Below are positions 18,144 through 29,224 of a stretch of DNA of 64,000 nt, piece by piece. The notes under the pieces are model-generated. The model was not told the origin of the DNA, searched no databases, and was given only the letters and a program-made list of their open reading frames with translations. Made by a program: the position numbers and the translations under genes. Each line of letters starts with the position of its first letter. The first letter of the stretch is position 1. Origin of the DNA: an uncultured delta proteobacterium (lineage in GTDB: Bacteria > Desulfobacterota > Binatia > JACPRU01); assembly GCA_963745025.1 (NCBI GenBank), contig CAVUWD010000020.1, forward strand, positions 1 through 64,000, given 5' to 3'.

Positions 18144-20318
18144 CTACCTGAAGAACTTCGCCACCGCGGTCAACACCTCGTCCGTCGGCCCGATCGCCAG
18201 GCGCGCCGGTGGAAGCGAGTGCAGGAACACTTCTCCGTATTGCTTCCGGGCGACGCGACTGTCCGCGATCACGACGACGCCCGTGTCGTCGTGGGACCGG
18301 ATCAGTCGGCCGAAGCCTTGGCGAAGCTTGATCACCGCCTGCGGCAGAGCATAGTCGGCGAAAGGGCTGCGGCCGCGGGCCGCGATCGCTTCCGATCGCG
18401 CGAGCACGATCGGGTCACTCGGCACGCGGAAGGGCAGGCGGGCGATGACGATCGCGCGCAGGCCTTCGCCGCGGACGTCCACGCCTTCCCAGAAGCTGTC
18501 GGTGGCGAACAGCACCGAAGCGCGGTCACGTCGAAAGCGGTCGAGCAGGGCGGTTCGTCCGGCCTCGCCCTGTCGAAGCACGGGAAAGCCTCGGCTCTGC
18601 AGGCGACCGAAGAGCGCCTCGTGCGCGCGAGACAGCGCGGCGTACGACGTGAACAGCACGAAGGCCCCGCCGCCGCTCGCCTCGATCGTCCGCGCGATGA
18701 CGTCGCTCAGGGCAGACTCGTAGCCGGCCGTGTCGGGGGGCGGAACGTCCACGGGGATCCCGATCAGCGCTTGGTCGCCGAAATGGTATGGGGACTCGAG
18801 GCGGAGCGTTTCGACGGAGCCTTGCGGCAGGAGATCCAACCCGACGCGCTCGAGGAAGTACTCGAACCGCCTCTCCACGCTGAGCGTCGCCGAGGTCAGA
18901 ACCGTCGACTCGAAGCTCGCAAACAGGCTGTCGCGAAGGACCGGTCCGGCCTCGACCGGCGCGCAGGCGAGAATGAGAGAGGGCGATCGCCCTGCGTGCC
19001 GCCGCACCGCGAACCAGCGGCAGAGATCCGGTGAATCGCCGAGGAAGCTCGTGAGATCGAGCGCGATCGCGGAGAGCCTTCCTGCGAGCGCTTCGAGCTG
19101 CTTCCCGAGGAACAGCGTCGCCTCGACACCGGAAGGAGAGAGCAGGGCGATCCGCTCGAGTACGGGCTCGACCTCGCCGACGAACGCATCGATCGTGCGA
19201 ACGAGCTCGCCGAGACTGCTTTCGGCGACCTTCCAAGCGGCGACCGCGCGTACCTCGGCGGTGATGCGCAGGCGCTGCTCGTCGGCGTCCGCGCTGCGCG
19301 GAACGAGCGGCGCCACCTCCAGGAGCAGGCGATCGAACGCCCGCGAGGCGTCGCGGACGAGCGCGGGAACCCGACGCCGCAGCCCCTCCTCGATCCATCG
19401 CGCGGCTCCCATGGCGGTGAGGCGGTCCTCGGCCGCTCCGAGCGAGAGGAGCTTCTGCTGCAGCGCGGGCAGCACGCCGCGCTCGGCCGTCCGCGGGTGC
19501 TGCAGCCGCCACAGCAGGCGCTCGATTCGGCGCACCGTCACCTCCGCGCCGAAGTGATCGGTCGTCACGTCCTCCAAATGATGTGCCTCGTCGATGACGA
19601 CCCGCGTCGCGGGCGGCAGCACACCGCTCGCCGCGTCGTCCGGCAGCAGCGAGCGAAGCTGTAGGTCGCTCAGCAGGAGATGGTGATTGACGACCAGCAG
19701 CTCGGCCGCGGCCGCTTCCTTTCTTGCCGTGTAGAAGAAGCAGCGGTCGTATTCCGGGCAGCGAGCGCGCAGGCAGTCGTCGTGCTCGGCGACGAGGGCT
19801 TCCCAGGCGTCGGGTCGCGGCACGAACGGAAGATCCGCGAGCGTCCCGTCACTCGTCGTGTCCGACCACTGGAGGATCGAGGCGATCTCTCGGTCGAGCG
19901 CTTCGTCCAGCGTGAGGCCCGGCGCGGAGCGCACCTCGGCGGCCTTGCGCAGGCAAAGGTAGTTGCCGCGCCCTTTGACGAGCGCCGCGCGAAACGCCAC
20001 GCCCAGGTGGGCGGCGAGCAACGGAAGATCGATGCGAACCAGCTGCTCTTGCAAGTTGATCGTGTTCGTCGAGACGACGACGCGCTCGCCTTGGGCACGG
20101 CTCCAGTGGATCGCCGGGACGAGATACGCGAGCGACTTGCCGGTGCCCGTGCCGGCTTCGACCACCAGGATGCCGCCCTGCGTGAATGTCTCCGCGACCC
20201 GCTCCGCCATGCGGATCTGCTCGCGACGGTGCTCGTAACCGGAAAGCGCCCGCGCGATCGGCCCGCTCGGGCCGAGCTCCGCGGCGATCGTCGCGGAATC
20301 GAAGTGGGGACTGCTCAA
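18144..20318 (-). CDS. dinG: DinG/YoaA-family helicase (Fe-S type)
   Basis: EAGTGTGKS, KGRGNYLC, DEAH, SFWEGVDV, QGFGRLIR. Confidence 0.9.
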   Translation of the reverse strand: MSSPHFDSATIAAELGPSGPIARALSGYEHRREQIRMAERVAETFTQGGILVVEAGTGTGKSLAYLVPAIHWSRAQGERVVVSTNTINLQEQLVRIDLPLLAAHLGVAFRAALVKGRGNYLCLRKAAEVRSAPGLTLDEALDREIASILQWSDTTSDGTLADLPFVPRPDAWEALVAEHDDCLRARCPEYDRCFFYTARKEAAAAELLVVNHHLLLSDLQLRSLLPDDAASGVLPPATRVVIDEAHHLEDVTTDHFGAEVTVRRIERLLWRLQHPRTAERGVLPALQQKLLSLGAAEDRLTAMGAARWIEEGLRRRVPALVRDASRAFDRLLLEVAPLVPRSADADEQRLRITAEVRAVAAWKVAESSLGELVRTIDAFVGEVEPVLERIALLSPSGVEATLFLGKQLEALAGRLSAIALDLTSFLGDSPDLCRWFAVRRHAGRSPSLILACAPVEAGPVLRDSLFASFESTVLTSATLSVERRFEYFLERVGLDLLPQGSVETLRLESPYHFGDQALIGIPVDVPPPDTAGYESALSDVIARTIEASGGGAFVLFTSYAALSRAHEALFGRLQSRGFPVLRQGEAGRTALLDRFRRDRASVLFATDSFWEGVDVRGEGLRAIVIARLPFRVPSDPIVLARSEAIAARGRSPFADYALPQAVIKLRQGFGRLIRSHDDTGVVVIADSRVARKQYGEVFLHSLPPARLAIGPTDEVLTAVAKFFR

Positions 20319-21391
20319 CCGAGCTCGACCCAGTGCTCGCGACGGGTGCTGACGCGGCCGATGCGCCGCGCGTTCGCCAAGCCCTGCGCGTGAAGATCGT
20401 CTAGCAGCCGCTCGGCTTGATCGGCTGGAAGCGCGATCAAGAGGCCACCGGAGGTCTGCGGATCGTACGCCGCCTCGCGCAGAGCGTCCGGCACGCTGCG
20501 CGCGACGAGCACCTTGCCTTCGAGATAGGCACGATTGCGCTTGCAGCCGCCGGTCAGATGCCCCGCGACCACGAGCGCCTCGAGATCCGGCAGCAGCGGC
20601 AACGCCGCCGCTTCGATCTCGACCGTGGCATCGCTACCGTGTGCCATCCCGTGCCCGTGGCCGAGGAGACCGAAGCCCGTGACGTCGGTCGCGGCGTGCA
20701 CGTCGTAGCGGAGCATCGCCTCGGAAGCCCCCTTGTTGAGCGTCGTCATCGATTCCACCGAGGCCGCATACGCCCGTGCGCCGAGCGCGTCTCGCTTGAG
20801 CGCCGTGGCGAGGATGCCGGTGCCGAGCGCCTTGGTGAGGACCAGCGCGTCGCCCGGCGTGGCGCCGACGTTGCGGATCACGCGCCGCGGGTCGATGATG
20901 CCGGTCACCGCCATGCCGTACTTGAGCTCCGGGTCGTCCACCGTGTGACCGCCGACGACGACGACGCCGGCCTCCTCCGCCTTCTCGGCGCCCCCGCGAA
21001 GGATCTCGGCGAGGATCTCGTTGTCGAGTTCCTTCCGCGGGAAGCAGACGATGTTCATCGCCGTCTTCGGCACGCCGCCCATCGCGTAGACGTCGGACAG
21101 CGAGTTCGCCGCCGAGATCGCGCCGAACGTGTAGGGATCGTCGACGATCGGCGTGAAGAAATCGACCGTGTTGACGATCGCCAAATCGTCGCGCAGGCGG
21201 AACACGCCTGCATCGTCGGAGGTGGCGATTCCCACGATCAGATCGGGATGCGTCGGCTTCGGCAGCCGCTCGAGAATGTCGGCCAGGTCCGCCGGACCCA
21301 GTTTCGCGGCTCAACCCGCCGCCTTGACCTTTTCCGTCAGGCGGATTCGCGGGCGCTGATCGCCGCGAAAGCGCTTCGTCAACACGCTCAT
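20315..21391 (-). CDS. selD: Selenide, water dikinase; selenoprotein with in-frame TGA (Sec27)
   Basis: ATG 21391; IRLTEKVKAAG-U-AAKLGP with TGA at 21311-21313; DDAGV, TVDFFTP, DPQTSGGLL. Confidence 0.95.
21283..21301 (-). promoter_or_regulatory. Bacterial SECIS hairpin of selD
   Basis: CUGGGUCC-GGC-GGACCUGG starting 10 nt after the Sec UGA. Confidence 0.75.
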
Positions 21392-21511
21392 GGGGTAAGT
21401 TTAGTGTGAGGACACGGGCGACACAACGAGGGATCTAACCGCCTCCTCCGATCGGCGGTCGGCCGAATGGCGAAGGGAGTTGTTTCACGGGTTGCAAGGC
21501 TCTGCACGATC

Positions 21512-21745
21512 GCTGTGAATTCCAAGAAGCGGTGGAGTTTCGGGTCGGGACGTACTCGGCCCGACCCGAAACTCCAGCACCGCGCGGAGCGCGGAAGGCA
21601 ATAGACCAGCCTCGAGAGTTATTGCTTTCCGCGCTTTCGCGCGGTTGCGGCTGGTTTGCGGTCGATCCGCGTAGGGATCGACCGCAAACCAGCCGCGTTC
21701 TCCAGCATGCCGTAGCGCTAGTACGGAGACTGAGACTGAGGCATT
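21512..21745. repeat. Triple-hairpin structured repeat, copy 1
   Basis: 17-bp perfect stem (21533-21576), long imperfect stem (21579-21645), 22-bp perfect stem (21647-21696); homologue at 45503-45730. Confidence 0.85.
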
Positions 21746-21758
21746 CTCACAAATTCTC

Positions 21759-23660
21759 TCATCCCTTGCGGAGCTTTCGCTGGTCGCCGACGCGAATGGT
21801 GAATCCGCTGCGGTCGAAGTACTCGAGCAAGGCGATCGAGAACTTGCGGCTCGCCTGGATGATGTCGCGGAACTCCGCGGCGCCGAGGGGCCCGGAGGCG
21901 CGGATCCGCGCGGCGATCATCTCGCGCAGCCGGGCGATCACGCTCGCGTGATAGTAGAGGTCGGTCGTCACCTTGACGGCCTTCCCCTCGCGCTCGAGCG
22001 CCTGCAGGAGCTCGCTCACCCGCTTCAGCGGCTGCTTCAGCTCCTCGGCCATTTGCTTCGCATCAGGCGGCGTGTAGCCGCCGTGCTCGAGCGCGCGCTC
22101 CAGCCCGGCGGTTGCCGCGCGCTCCTCGGTCTTGAGCTTGACCCGGTGCGCGGGCAGCCGAACCAGACTCTCTTCACGAACGAGCGCGTTGTCGCGGGTC
22201 AAGCGATCGACGATCGCGCGAAAGAGCTTCGGCGCCACGGCATACGGCAGCTGACCGCGGAGAAGCTCCATTTCCATCCCGGGAAGTAGAGGGTTGTCAC
22301 GGTGATAGGCAGCGAGCGCCGCCAGCAACGCCGCGAGCCACTGCGCCCACTTCGCCTTCGTCGTCAGGCCTTCGACGGGCCCGACCCCCGGGAGCGCAAC
22401 GATCTCGGGATGCGCGACGGCGAGGACTTCCGACTCGGAAACGTCGGCCGCTTGCGCGAGCCAGCTCGGCGAGGCGGCGAACTCGCGGTCCATCTCGAGG
22501 AGCGCGAACGCGCTCGTGGCGAGATCCTCGGAGCGGATTCGCTCGAGTAACAGCGGCACCGCCTTGTCCCCCGCTCGGTGGCGCGGGGCGGACGGGTGAA
22601 TGACGACTCCGCCCCCGAGCGTGCGGTCGGCACTCTCGCTTCTCAAGATGAAGCGGTCGCCGCGCAACGCGACGACGGGGGCCGCACAGACGAGCTGGGC
22701 GTAGGCCTTTCCCTTGGGCGCGAGCTCCGTGCGGCCGCCGAGCAGCACGAGCTTGGCCATGACCTCGGCCGTGCCGACGTGGAGCCGCACCCGCCGCCGG
22801 TTCGGCAACGGCTTCCTGGCGAGCGGCCGAATCTCGATCCACGCGTCGATCCGGTCGGTCGTCGCGGTGATCGAAGGATGAACGATCACGTGGCCGCGGA
22901 CGACGTCCGTCCGCTCGACACCGACGAGATTCAGGGCCACGCGCTGGCCGCGCTCCGCACGGGCGGTTTCGTGGCCGTGCACCTGCACGGTGCGCACGCG
23001 TGCTTCCTCGCCGCCGGGCAGGATCCGCACCGGCTCGCCTGCGGCAATCCTTCCGGCGATCGCGGTCCCCGTGACGACGACGCCGTGGCCCTTCATCACG
23101 AACGCGCGGTCGACGGGCATGCGAAAAGGCTTGTCGGAGCGCGCGGCGGCGACACGGCCGAGGCTACGGCCGATCTCGGCGCGAAGCTCCTCGATCCCCC
23201 GCCCCGTGAGGGAGGAGACGAGACAGGTCGGCGCGCCCTCGAGCGCCGTGTCGAGCGTGAGGATCTCGAGCTCTTCGCGAACCTCGGCGAGGCGTGCCTC
23301 GTCGACGAGGTCGACCTTGGTGACGACGACGATGCCGCTCTTCACCCCGAGCAGATGGAGGATGTCCAAGTGCTCTTCGGTCTGCGGCATCACGCCGTCG
23401 TCCGCGGCGACGACGAACAGCACGAGGTCGATGGCGTGCGCGCCCGCGAGCATGTTCTTGATGAACCGCTCGTGCCCGGGCACGTCGACGACGCCCGCGG
23501 TCTTTCCGTCGGGCAGGGTCAGCTCGGCGAAGCCGAGGTCGATCGAGATCCCGCGCTCCTTCTCCTCTTTCAGGCGATCGGTGTCTTGTCCGGTAAGCGC
23601 TTTGACGAGAGCCGTCTTGCCGTGGTCGATGTGCCCGGCGGTTCCGACGATGAAATGCAT
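21759..23660 (-). CDS. selB: Selenocysteine-specific elongation factor
   Basis: [21 protein letters not shown]-terminal [13 protein letters not shown] winged helix. Confidence 0.97.
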   Translation of the reverse strand: MHFIVGTAGHIDHGKTALVKALTGQDTDRLKEEKERGISIDLGFAELTLPDGKTAGVVDVPGHERFIKNMLAGAHAIDLVLFVVAADDGVMPQTEEHLDILHLLGVKSGIVVVTKVDLVDEARLAEVREELEILTLDTALEGAPTCLVSSLTGRGIEELRAEIGRSLGRVAAARSDKPFRMPVDRAFVMKGHGVVVTGTAIAGRIAAGEPVRILPGGEEARVRTVQVHGHETARAERGQRVALNLVGVERTDVVRGHVIVHPSITATTDRIDAWIEIRPLARKPLPNRRRVRLHVGTAEVMAKLVLLGGRTELAPKGKAYAQLVCAAPVVALRGDRFILRSESADRTLGGGVVIHPSAPRHRAGDKAVPLLLERIRSEDLATSAFALLEMDREFAASPSWLAQAADVSESEVLAVAHPEIVALPGVGPVEGLTTKAKWAQWLAALLAALAAYHRDNPLLPGMEMELLRGQLPYAVAPKLFRAIVDRLTRDNALVREESLVRLPAHRVKLKTEERAATAGLERALEHGGYTPPDAKQMAEELKQPLKRVSELLQALEREGKAVKVTTDLYYHASVIARLREMIAARIRASGPLGAAEFRDIIQASRKFSIALLEYFDRSGFTIRVGDQRKLRKG

Positions 23661-25033
23661 CAGTCGCGCGGAACCAGGGTTGCGGGGTCGAAGATCCCGC
23701 GCAAATCGAGAAGGAAGCGGTCGGCCTGCACGCGTCCGATGATCGGCGGATGGGCCGTGCGGAATCGCGCCGCGATCGCGTTCGGCCCGTCTTTGGGGTG
23801 CCGCAGCGCGATCACCTTGCTCGGCAGCGTCGCCGTCGGCAGCGCGCCGCTACCGACTTCGGCCGTCGAGTCGCCGAGCTCGATTTCGAACTCCGCGCCG
23901 AGCGCCTCGCGCAGCAGGCCGACCGCCGAGCGGCCGATCACCTCCATCTCGGCGACCGGCCGCGCGAGCCAGCGGAGCGTGGGGATCGCTCGCACCAGGT
24001 CGGGGGAGCGACGATAGAGCTTCAGCACCGAAGCGAGCGCGGCGAGCGTCAGCTTCCCGGGACGTAGCGCGCGCTTCAGCGGGTTGGCTTTGATGCGTGC
24101 GATCACTTCACGCCGCCCGACCAGAATCCCCGCTTGCGGACCGCCGAGGAGCTTGTCAGCGCTGAACGTCACGACGTCGGCTCCTTCGGTGATCCGTTCG
24201 GCGACGACCGGTTCCTTGGGCAGGCCGTATGCCGAGAGATCGACGAGCGCGCCGCTGCCGAGATCTTCGATCACCGGAATGGCTCGCTCGCGGCCGAGCG
24301 CGACCAGCTCTCCGAGCGAGACCTCCGCGGTGAAGCCGACCACGCGATAGTTGCTGGTGTGAACTTTGAGGAGCGCTCCCGTGTCGGCGCCGATCGCCTG
24401 TGCATAGTCCTTCCAATGGGTCCGGTTCGTCGTGCCGACCTCGCGGAGCTTCGCCCCGCTCTTGGCCAGCACTTCGGGGATCCGGAAGGAGCCGCCGATC
24501 TCGATCAGCTCGCCGCGCGAGACCACCACTTCTTTTCCTTCTGCCAACGTATTGAGCGCGAGCAGCACGGCGGCGGCGTTGTTGTTGACGACGGTCGTGG
24601 CTTCCGCGCCGGTCAACGCCCGCAGGTCGTCGTCCACCGTCGAGTCGCGATCACCGCGGCCGCCGGAGGCGAGGTCGAACTCGAGCGCCGCGGGGCTTCG
24701 TGCCACGCGCACGAGCGACTCGATCGCCTCTTCGGGGAGCAGGGCGCGGCCGAGATTGGTGTGCAGGACCACCCCGGTGGCGTTCACCACCTCCTCGGGC
24801 GCGGCCCGCTCACGACGTGCGATCTCCTCGACCGTGCGCCGCTCGATCTCTGGCTCGATCGAGGCGGTGCCGAGACGGCCGGCACGGATCTCGTTGCGGA
24901 GCTCGTCGCAGGCGCGGCGGAGCGCCGCGACCACGAAGGAGCGGGCATGACGCTCGGCGAGCGAACGCCCCCAACTCGTGGCGAGCAGCCGATCGATCGA
25001 GGGAATCTCGGCGAGTTGGGGCTTCGCATCCAC
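23660..25033 (-). CDS. selA: L-seryl-tRNA(Sec) selenium transferase
   Basis: [36 protein letters not shown]; start uncertain (25033 or 25057). Confidence 0.95.
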   Translation of the reverse strand: MDAKPQLAEIPSIDRLLATSWGRSLAERHARSFVVAALRRACDELRNEIRAGRLGTASIEPEIERRTVEEIARRERAAPEEVVNATGVVLHTNLGRALLPEEAIESLVRVARSPAALEFDLASGGRGDRDSTVDDDLRALTGAEATTVVNNNAAAVLLALNTLAEGKEVVVSRGELIEIGGSFRIPEVLAKSGAKLREVGTTNRTHWKDYAQAIGADTGALLKVHTSNYRVVGFTAEVSLGELVALGRERAIPVIEDLGSGALVDLSAYGLPKEPVVAERITEGADVVTFSADKLLGGPQAGILVGRREVIARIKANPLKRALRPGKLTLAALASVLKLYRRSPDLVRAIPTLRWLARPVAEMEVIGRSAVGLLREALGAEFEIELGDSTAEVGSGALPTATLPSKVIALRHPKDGPNAIAARFRTAHPPIIGRVQADRFLLDLRGIFDPATLVPRD

Positions 25034-25075
25034 TGCGGGACAAGTATCCAGAAGCACAACGCCGGAGACAACAAG

Positions 25076-25142
25076 CGACTACCGGCTACCGGCAAAGACT
25101 CATGGTGCCTTGCGGTAGCCGGAAGCCGGTAGCCGGCAGCCG
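25076..25142. repeat. Heptamer-arm palindromic repeat (core inverted relative to the 59472 copy)
   Basis: (G[AG]CTACCG)n CAAAGACTCATGGTGCCTTG (CGGTAGC)n. Confidence 0.8.
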
Positions 25143-25174
25143 CCGAATTGACTGCCGACGCCTCGGACCCGAAG

Positions 25175-26512
25175 ATGGATCCCATGGCCGCGAACGGCGA
25201 GGGTGTGGCGCGGGGGATCGTTGCTCGCCTGCGCGATCGAGGGCACCAGGCCTACCTGGCCGGCGGATGCGTGCGCGATCGCCTGCTCGGCCTCGCGCGC
25301 CCCGCGGGCGATTTCGACGTGGCGACCAGCGCCCGCCCGGAGGAGGTCGAGCGCCTGTTCGGGCATACGATCGCGGTCGGAGCGCAGTTTGGTGTCATTC
25401 TCGTGGTCGAAGGCGACGTGCGGGTCGAGGTGGCGACGTTTCGCGCCGACGACGCATACGTGGACGGCCGGCACCCGTCGTCGATTCGCTTCACGACGCC
25501 GGAAGAGGATGCCGCGCGGCGCGATTTCACGATCAACGGCATGTTCGAGGATCCCGTCACCGGCGAGGTCCTGGATTTCGTCGGCGGACGCCGTGACCTC
25601 GAGCGCCGAATCGTGCGCGCGATCGGTGATCCGCGGCGTCGCTTCGCGGAGGATCGGTTGCGTCTCATTCGCGCGGTGCGGTTCGCGGCACGGCTCGGCT
25701 TCGCGGTCGAGCCGGAGACGGCCGCGGCGGTCCGTGAGATGGCTCCGGCGATCCATGAGGTCTCGGCCGAGCGCGTCGGTGACGAGGTCGTGAAGATCCT
25801 CACCGAGGGAGCGGCTCGCCGTGGATTCGAGCTAGCCTCCGAGCTCGGCCTTCTCGGCGAGGTGCTCCCCGAGGTCGAGCAGATGAGAGGCGTCGAGCAG
25901 GGGAAGGAATTTCATCCCGAGGGCGACGTCTTCACCCACACGATGCTCGCCCTCGAGCGCGTCGACTCGTCGGCGCGCCGCGGAGAGACCCTCGCCCTCG
26001 GTGTGCTGCTGCACGACGTCGCCAAGCGCGAATGCGCGGAGCGACGAGACGGCAAGATCACGTTCTATGGCCACACGGAGCGTGGCGCAGCGATGGCGCG
26101 TGAGATCTGCCGGCGCCTGCGGCGCCCGAACGCCGTTGCCGATCGCGTGAGCTGGCTCGTCAAGGACCACCTGCGCCTGGTGAGCGCGCCGGAGATGCGC
26201 CTTTCGACGCTCAAGAGATTCCTCCGCCAGGAGGGGATCGACGAGCTTCTCGAGCTCTGCCGCATCGACGCGGCCGCGAGCAACGGGAACCTCTACTACT
26301 ACGAGTTCTGCCTCCAAACGCTCGCGGAGATCGGCGTCGAGCGAATGAAGCCGCCGCCGCTGGTCTCGGGTCACGATCTGATCACTCTGGGACACCGGCC
26401 CGGCCCGGCCTTCAAGGAGATCCTCGACGCGGTCGAGGAAGCACAACTCGAGGGCAGCGTGGCTACCCGCGAACAGGCGCTCGCGCTCGTGCGAGAGCGC
26501 TTCCCGCCCTAA
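25175..26512 (+). CDS. cca: CCA tRNA nucleotidyltransferase with HD domain
   Basis: GGCVRD, DFDVAT, EDAARRDFTIN, EDRLR, HPEGDV...LLHD. Confidence 0.9.
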   Translation: MDPMAANGEGVARGIVARLRDRGHQAYLAGGCVRDRLLGLARPAGDFDVATSARPEEVERLFGHTIAVGAQFGVILVVEGDVRVEVATFRADDAYVDGRHPSSIRFTTPEEDAARRDFTINGMFEDPVTGEVLDFVGGRRDLERRIVRAIGDPRRRFAEDRLRLIRAVRFAARLGFAVEPETAAAVREMAPAIHEVSAERVGDEVVKILTEGAARRGFELASELGLLGEVLPEVEQMRGVEQGKEFHPEGDVFTHTMLALERVDSSARRGETLALGVLLHDVAKRECAERRDGKITFYGHTERGAAMAREICRRLRRPNAVADRVSWLVKDHLRLVSAPEMRLSTLKRFLRQEGIDELLELCRIDAAASNGNLYYYEFCLQTLAEIGVERMKPPPLVSGHDLITLGHRPGPAFKEILDAVEEAQLEGSVATREQALALVRERFPP

Positions 26513-26622
26513 TCCGGATCCCTCACTGCGCCAGACTTTCTGTGAACGATGGCTCCTGAGGAATACGGGTTCGAAGCGCCGCGTTTGACGCTTCGCGGCC
26601 GACGTGAAAAAAGGCGCCCGCC

Positions 26623-27423
26623 ATGACGAGCGCGCAGGGAATCGCCTACGGAGCCGTGCAGGGGCTCGGCGAATTTCTTCCCGTGTCGAGCTCTGCGCAT
26701 CTCGCATTGCTGCCGTGGTTCGCCGGCTGGGAAGACCCGGGCCTCGGCTTCGACGTGGCACTCCACGTGGGTACGCTACTCGCCGTGCTCTGGTACTTCT
26801 GGCGCGACTGGTGGGAGCTTGCCCAGGGCGCCATCGCGGGCCTCGGCGGAAGCGGGAAGGGCAGGGAAAACGGCCTCCTCTTCTGGAAGATCGTCGTCGC
26901 TTCGATACCCGCGGCAGTCGTCGGCGTCGCCCTCGAGCACAAGGCGGAGGAAGCCTTCCGCGCCCCCGTGCTGATCGCGGCCGCGCTCGCGGCTCTCGGC
27001 GCTCTGCTCTACTGGGGAGACCGCCAGCCGGAATCGCGGGTGCGGCTGCAGTCGATCGACTGGACGGATGCGCTATGGATCGGCGCCGCGCAGGCCGCCG
27101 CCATCGTTCCCGGCGTATCTCGCTCGGGAGTCACGATCACGGCGGCCCGCCTGCGAGGGATCGGCCGGGAGGCGTCCGCCCGCTTCTCGTTCCTCTTGTC
27201 GACGCCGGTGATCGCGGGCGCGTCGCTCCTCAAGATGCGTGCGCTCGCTGCCGCCGGCCGCGACCCCGCGCAGCTGCTCGCGCTCGTCGCCTCGGCATTC
27301 TTCGGCTTCCTGGCGATCGGCGGACTCATCCGCTACGTGCGCCAGCGCAGCTACTTGCCCTTCGTCCTCTACCGCTTCGCGCTCGCGGCGCTGGTGATCG
27401 CGGTCGCGCTGGCGAGAGCCTGA
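26623..27423 (+). CDS. uppP: Undecaprenyl-diphosphatase
   Basis: QGLGEFLPVSSSAHL, PGVSRSG, RFSFLLS. Confidence 0.95.
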   Translation: MTSAQGIAYGAVQGLGEFLPVSSSAHLALLPWFAGWEDPGLGFDVALHVGTLLAVLWYFWRDWWELAQGAIAGLGGSGKGRENGLLFWKIVVASIPAAVVGVALEHKAEEAFRAPVLIAAALAALGALLYWGDRQPESRVRLQSIDWTDALWIGAAQAAAIVPGVSRSGVTITAARLRGIGREASARFSFLLSTPVIAGASLLKMRALAAAGRDPAQLLALVASAFFGFLAIGGLIRYVRQRSYLPFVLYRFALAALVIAVALARA

Positions 27424-27451
27424 CCCGCGTGAGATCGGGGCTCGCGGGTCA

Positions 27452-28697
27452 CTACGGTAGATCCTTCAGACCTTCCCGCGGCGCGCCGACCAGGATCGCC
27501 ATGTTGCCGTGCGGATGGCGGTTCTCGTACATCAGCTGGTGGGCCTGCGGAACGTCGCGGAACGAGAAGACCCGCGAGAGACACGGATCCACTTTGCCGG
27601 CGATGACCAGCCGGTTGACGCCGTCGGCTTGTTCGTCGTTGGCGAAGTGCGAGCCCTGGAAGCGCTTCTGCCGCATCCAGTGGTAGCGGAGATCGAGCGG
27701 TCGCGTTGTAGCCCGTCGTGCCGGCGCAGATCACCACCATGCCGCCGGTGTCGCAGACGAAGATCGAGGTCGGCACGGTGTCCTCGCCGGGATGCTCGAA
27801 GACGATGCGCGGGCTCTTGCGCTCGCCGACCGCTTCCCAGAGCGCCGCACCGAACGCGCGCGCGCCCTTCAGCCACTTGCCGTACGCCGCGTCGTCCTTC
27901 CAGTGCGGCAACATGCCCCAGTGATCGAAGTGCTTGCGGTTGATCGAGCCCTTGCGCGCCGAGCTGACTTGCAGTACTCGATCTTGTCTTCGGACGAGAC
28001 GACGGCGACGGGGATCGCGCCGGCGGCGCGCGCGATCTGGATCGCCTGGCAGCCGAGGCCGCCGGCGCCGCCCCAGACGAGCACGACGTCGCCCGCGGCA
28101 AGCGTGTGCGGCGGCCAACCGTGGAGCATGCGATACGCGGTCGCGCCGACCAGCATGTAGGCCGCGGCGGCTTCCCAGGTGAGGTGCTTCGGCTTCGGCA
28201 GGCACTGATGTGCCTGGACCTTGGTGAACTGCGCGAAGCTTCCCCAGTTCGATCTCGTAGCCCCAGATGCGAAACGTCGAGCTGAACATCGGATCGGTGC
28301 CGGACTTCACGACGGGGCAGTTCCGATTCCACATGCCGCAGTGGATGACGACGTGGTCGCCGACCTTCGGGTTGCGAACCTCGCTCCCGACCTTGAAGAC
28401 GATGCCCGACGCATCGGAGCCGCCGATGTGGAAGGGCTCTGGCTCGCCCGCCTTCTGCCGCGCCTTGATGACGTCGACCGGGGTACCGAGCGCGGCCCAG
28501 ACGTTGTTGTAGTTGATGCCTGCCGCCATCACGTAGACCAGCACCTCGTCCGGCGCCACCTCGGGCACGTCGATCGGCTCGATCTGGAATGCCTTGGTGG
28601 GGACGCCGAACCGGTCCTGGCGGATGACCTGCGCAACCATCCGCTTCGGCACCTGACCGATCGGCAGCATCTCCCCGATCTCGTAAATGTCCTTCAC
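27452..28697 (-). CDS. ccr: Crotonyl-CoA carboxylase/reductase (several frameshifts)
   Basis: [42 protein letters not shown] in different frames. Confidence 0.9.
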
Positions 28698-28841
28698 GAG
28701 GGCCCTCCCGACTCGGAAAACGCCGACCTATAGCCCGCGGCTAACGCGACGCGCAAGCGAGGGACGGCAGCGATGCAGGCGCGGGGCTTCGAGACGCTCG
28801 ATTGACACCCACGGAGACCGCTGTTATCCGAAATCCACTCG

Positions 28842-29146
28842 ATGAACGGTCTTCGCCATCGCGTCATCCGCCTCTCGGGCGCTCTCTTCTTCGCCGCGCT
28901 GCTTGCTGGTGCCGCTGCTCGAGAGCGGTCACAGCCACGCCAACGGTGACCTCGCTCGTCCCTGTGCCACCTGCGTGGCGACGCACCACTCTCCAGCGAC
29001 GATCGCGCCGGTCGTAGCCGTCGTCCGCTCCGATCACTCGCGCAAGCGCCGCCGTCTTCTCGCCGGCCGTCGCGCTGGTGCGACGCGATCACTCGCCGCG
29101 AAGCGGGCGAGCCCCCCCGCCCTCCGCCTTCGTCGAAGGCATCTAG
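28842..29146 (+). CDS. DUF2946/CruR-like leader protein (TM, HSH, CxxC, C-terminal RAPP), frameshifted as assembled
   Basis: MNGLRHRVIRLSGALFFAALL / LVPLLESGHSHANGDLARPCATCVATHH / DHSPRSGRAPPPSAFVEGI* in three frames; TTGACA at 28802. Confidence 0.65.
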
Positions 29147-29224
29147 GCCGCCTCGGCTCCTCTGCGCCCACCAGCGCCCGGGCCGTGGCGAAACGGCATG
29201 GGTTCTGGGTCCAGGAGGAGTTCG

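Noticed and set aside
21392-21758. tRNA-Sec (selC) between selB and selD
   Set aside because: No UCA anticodon cloverleaf or T-arm; the stems belong to the repeat also found at 45.5 kb.
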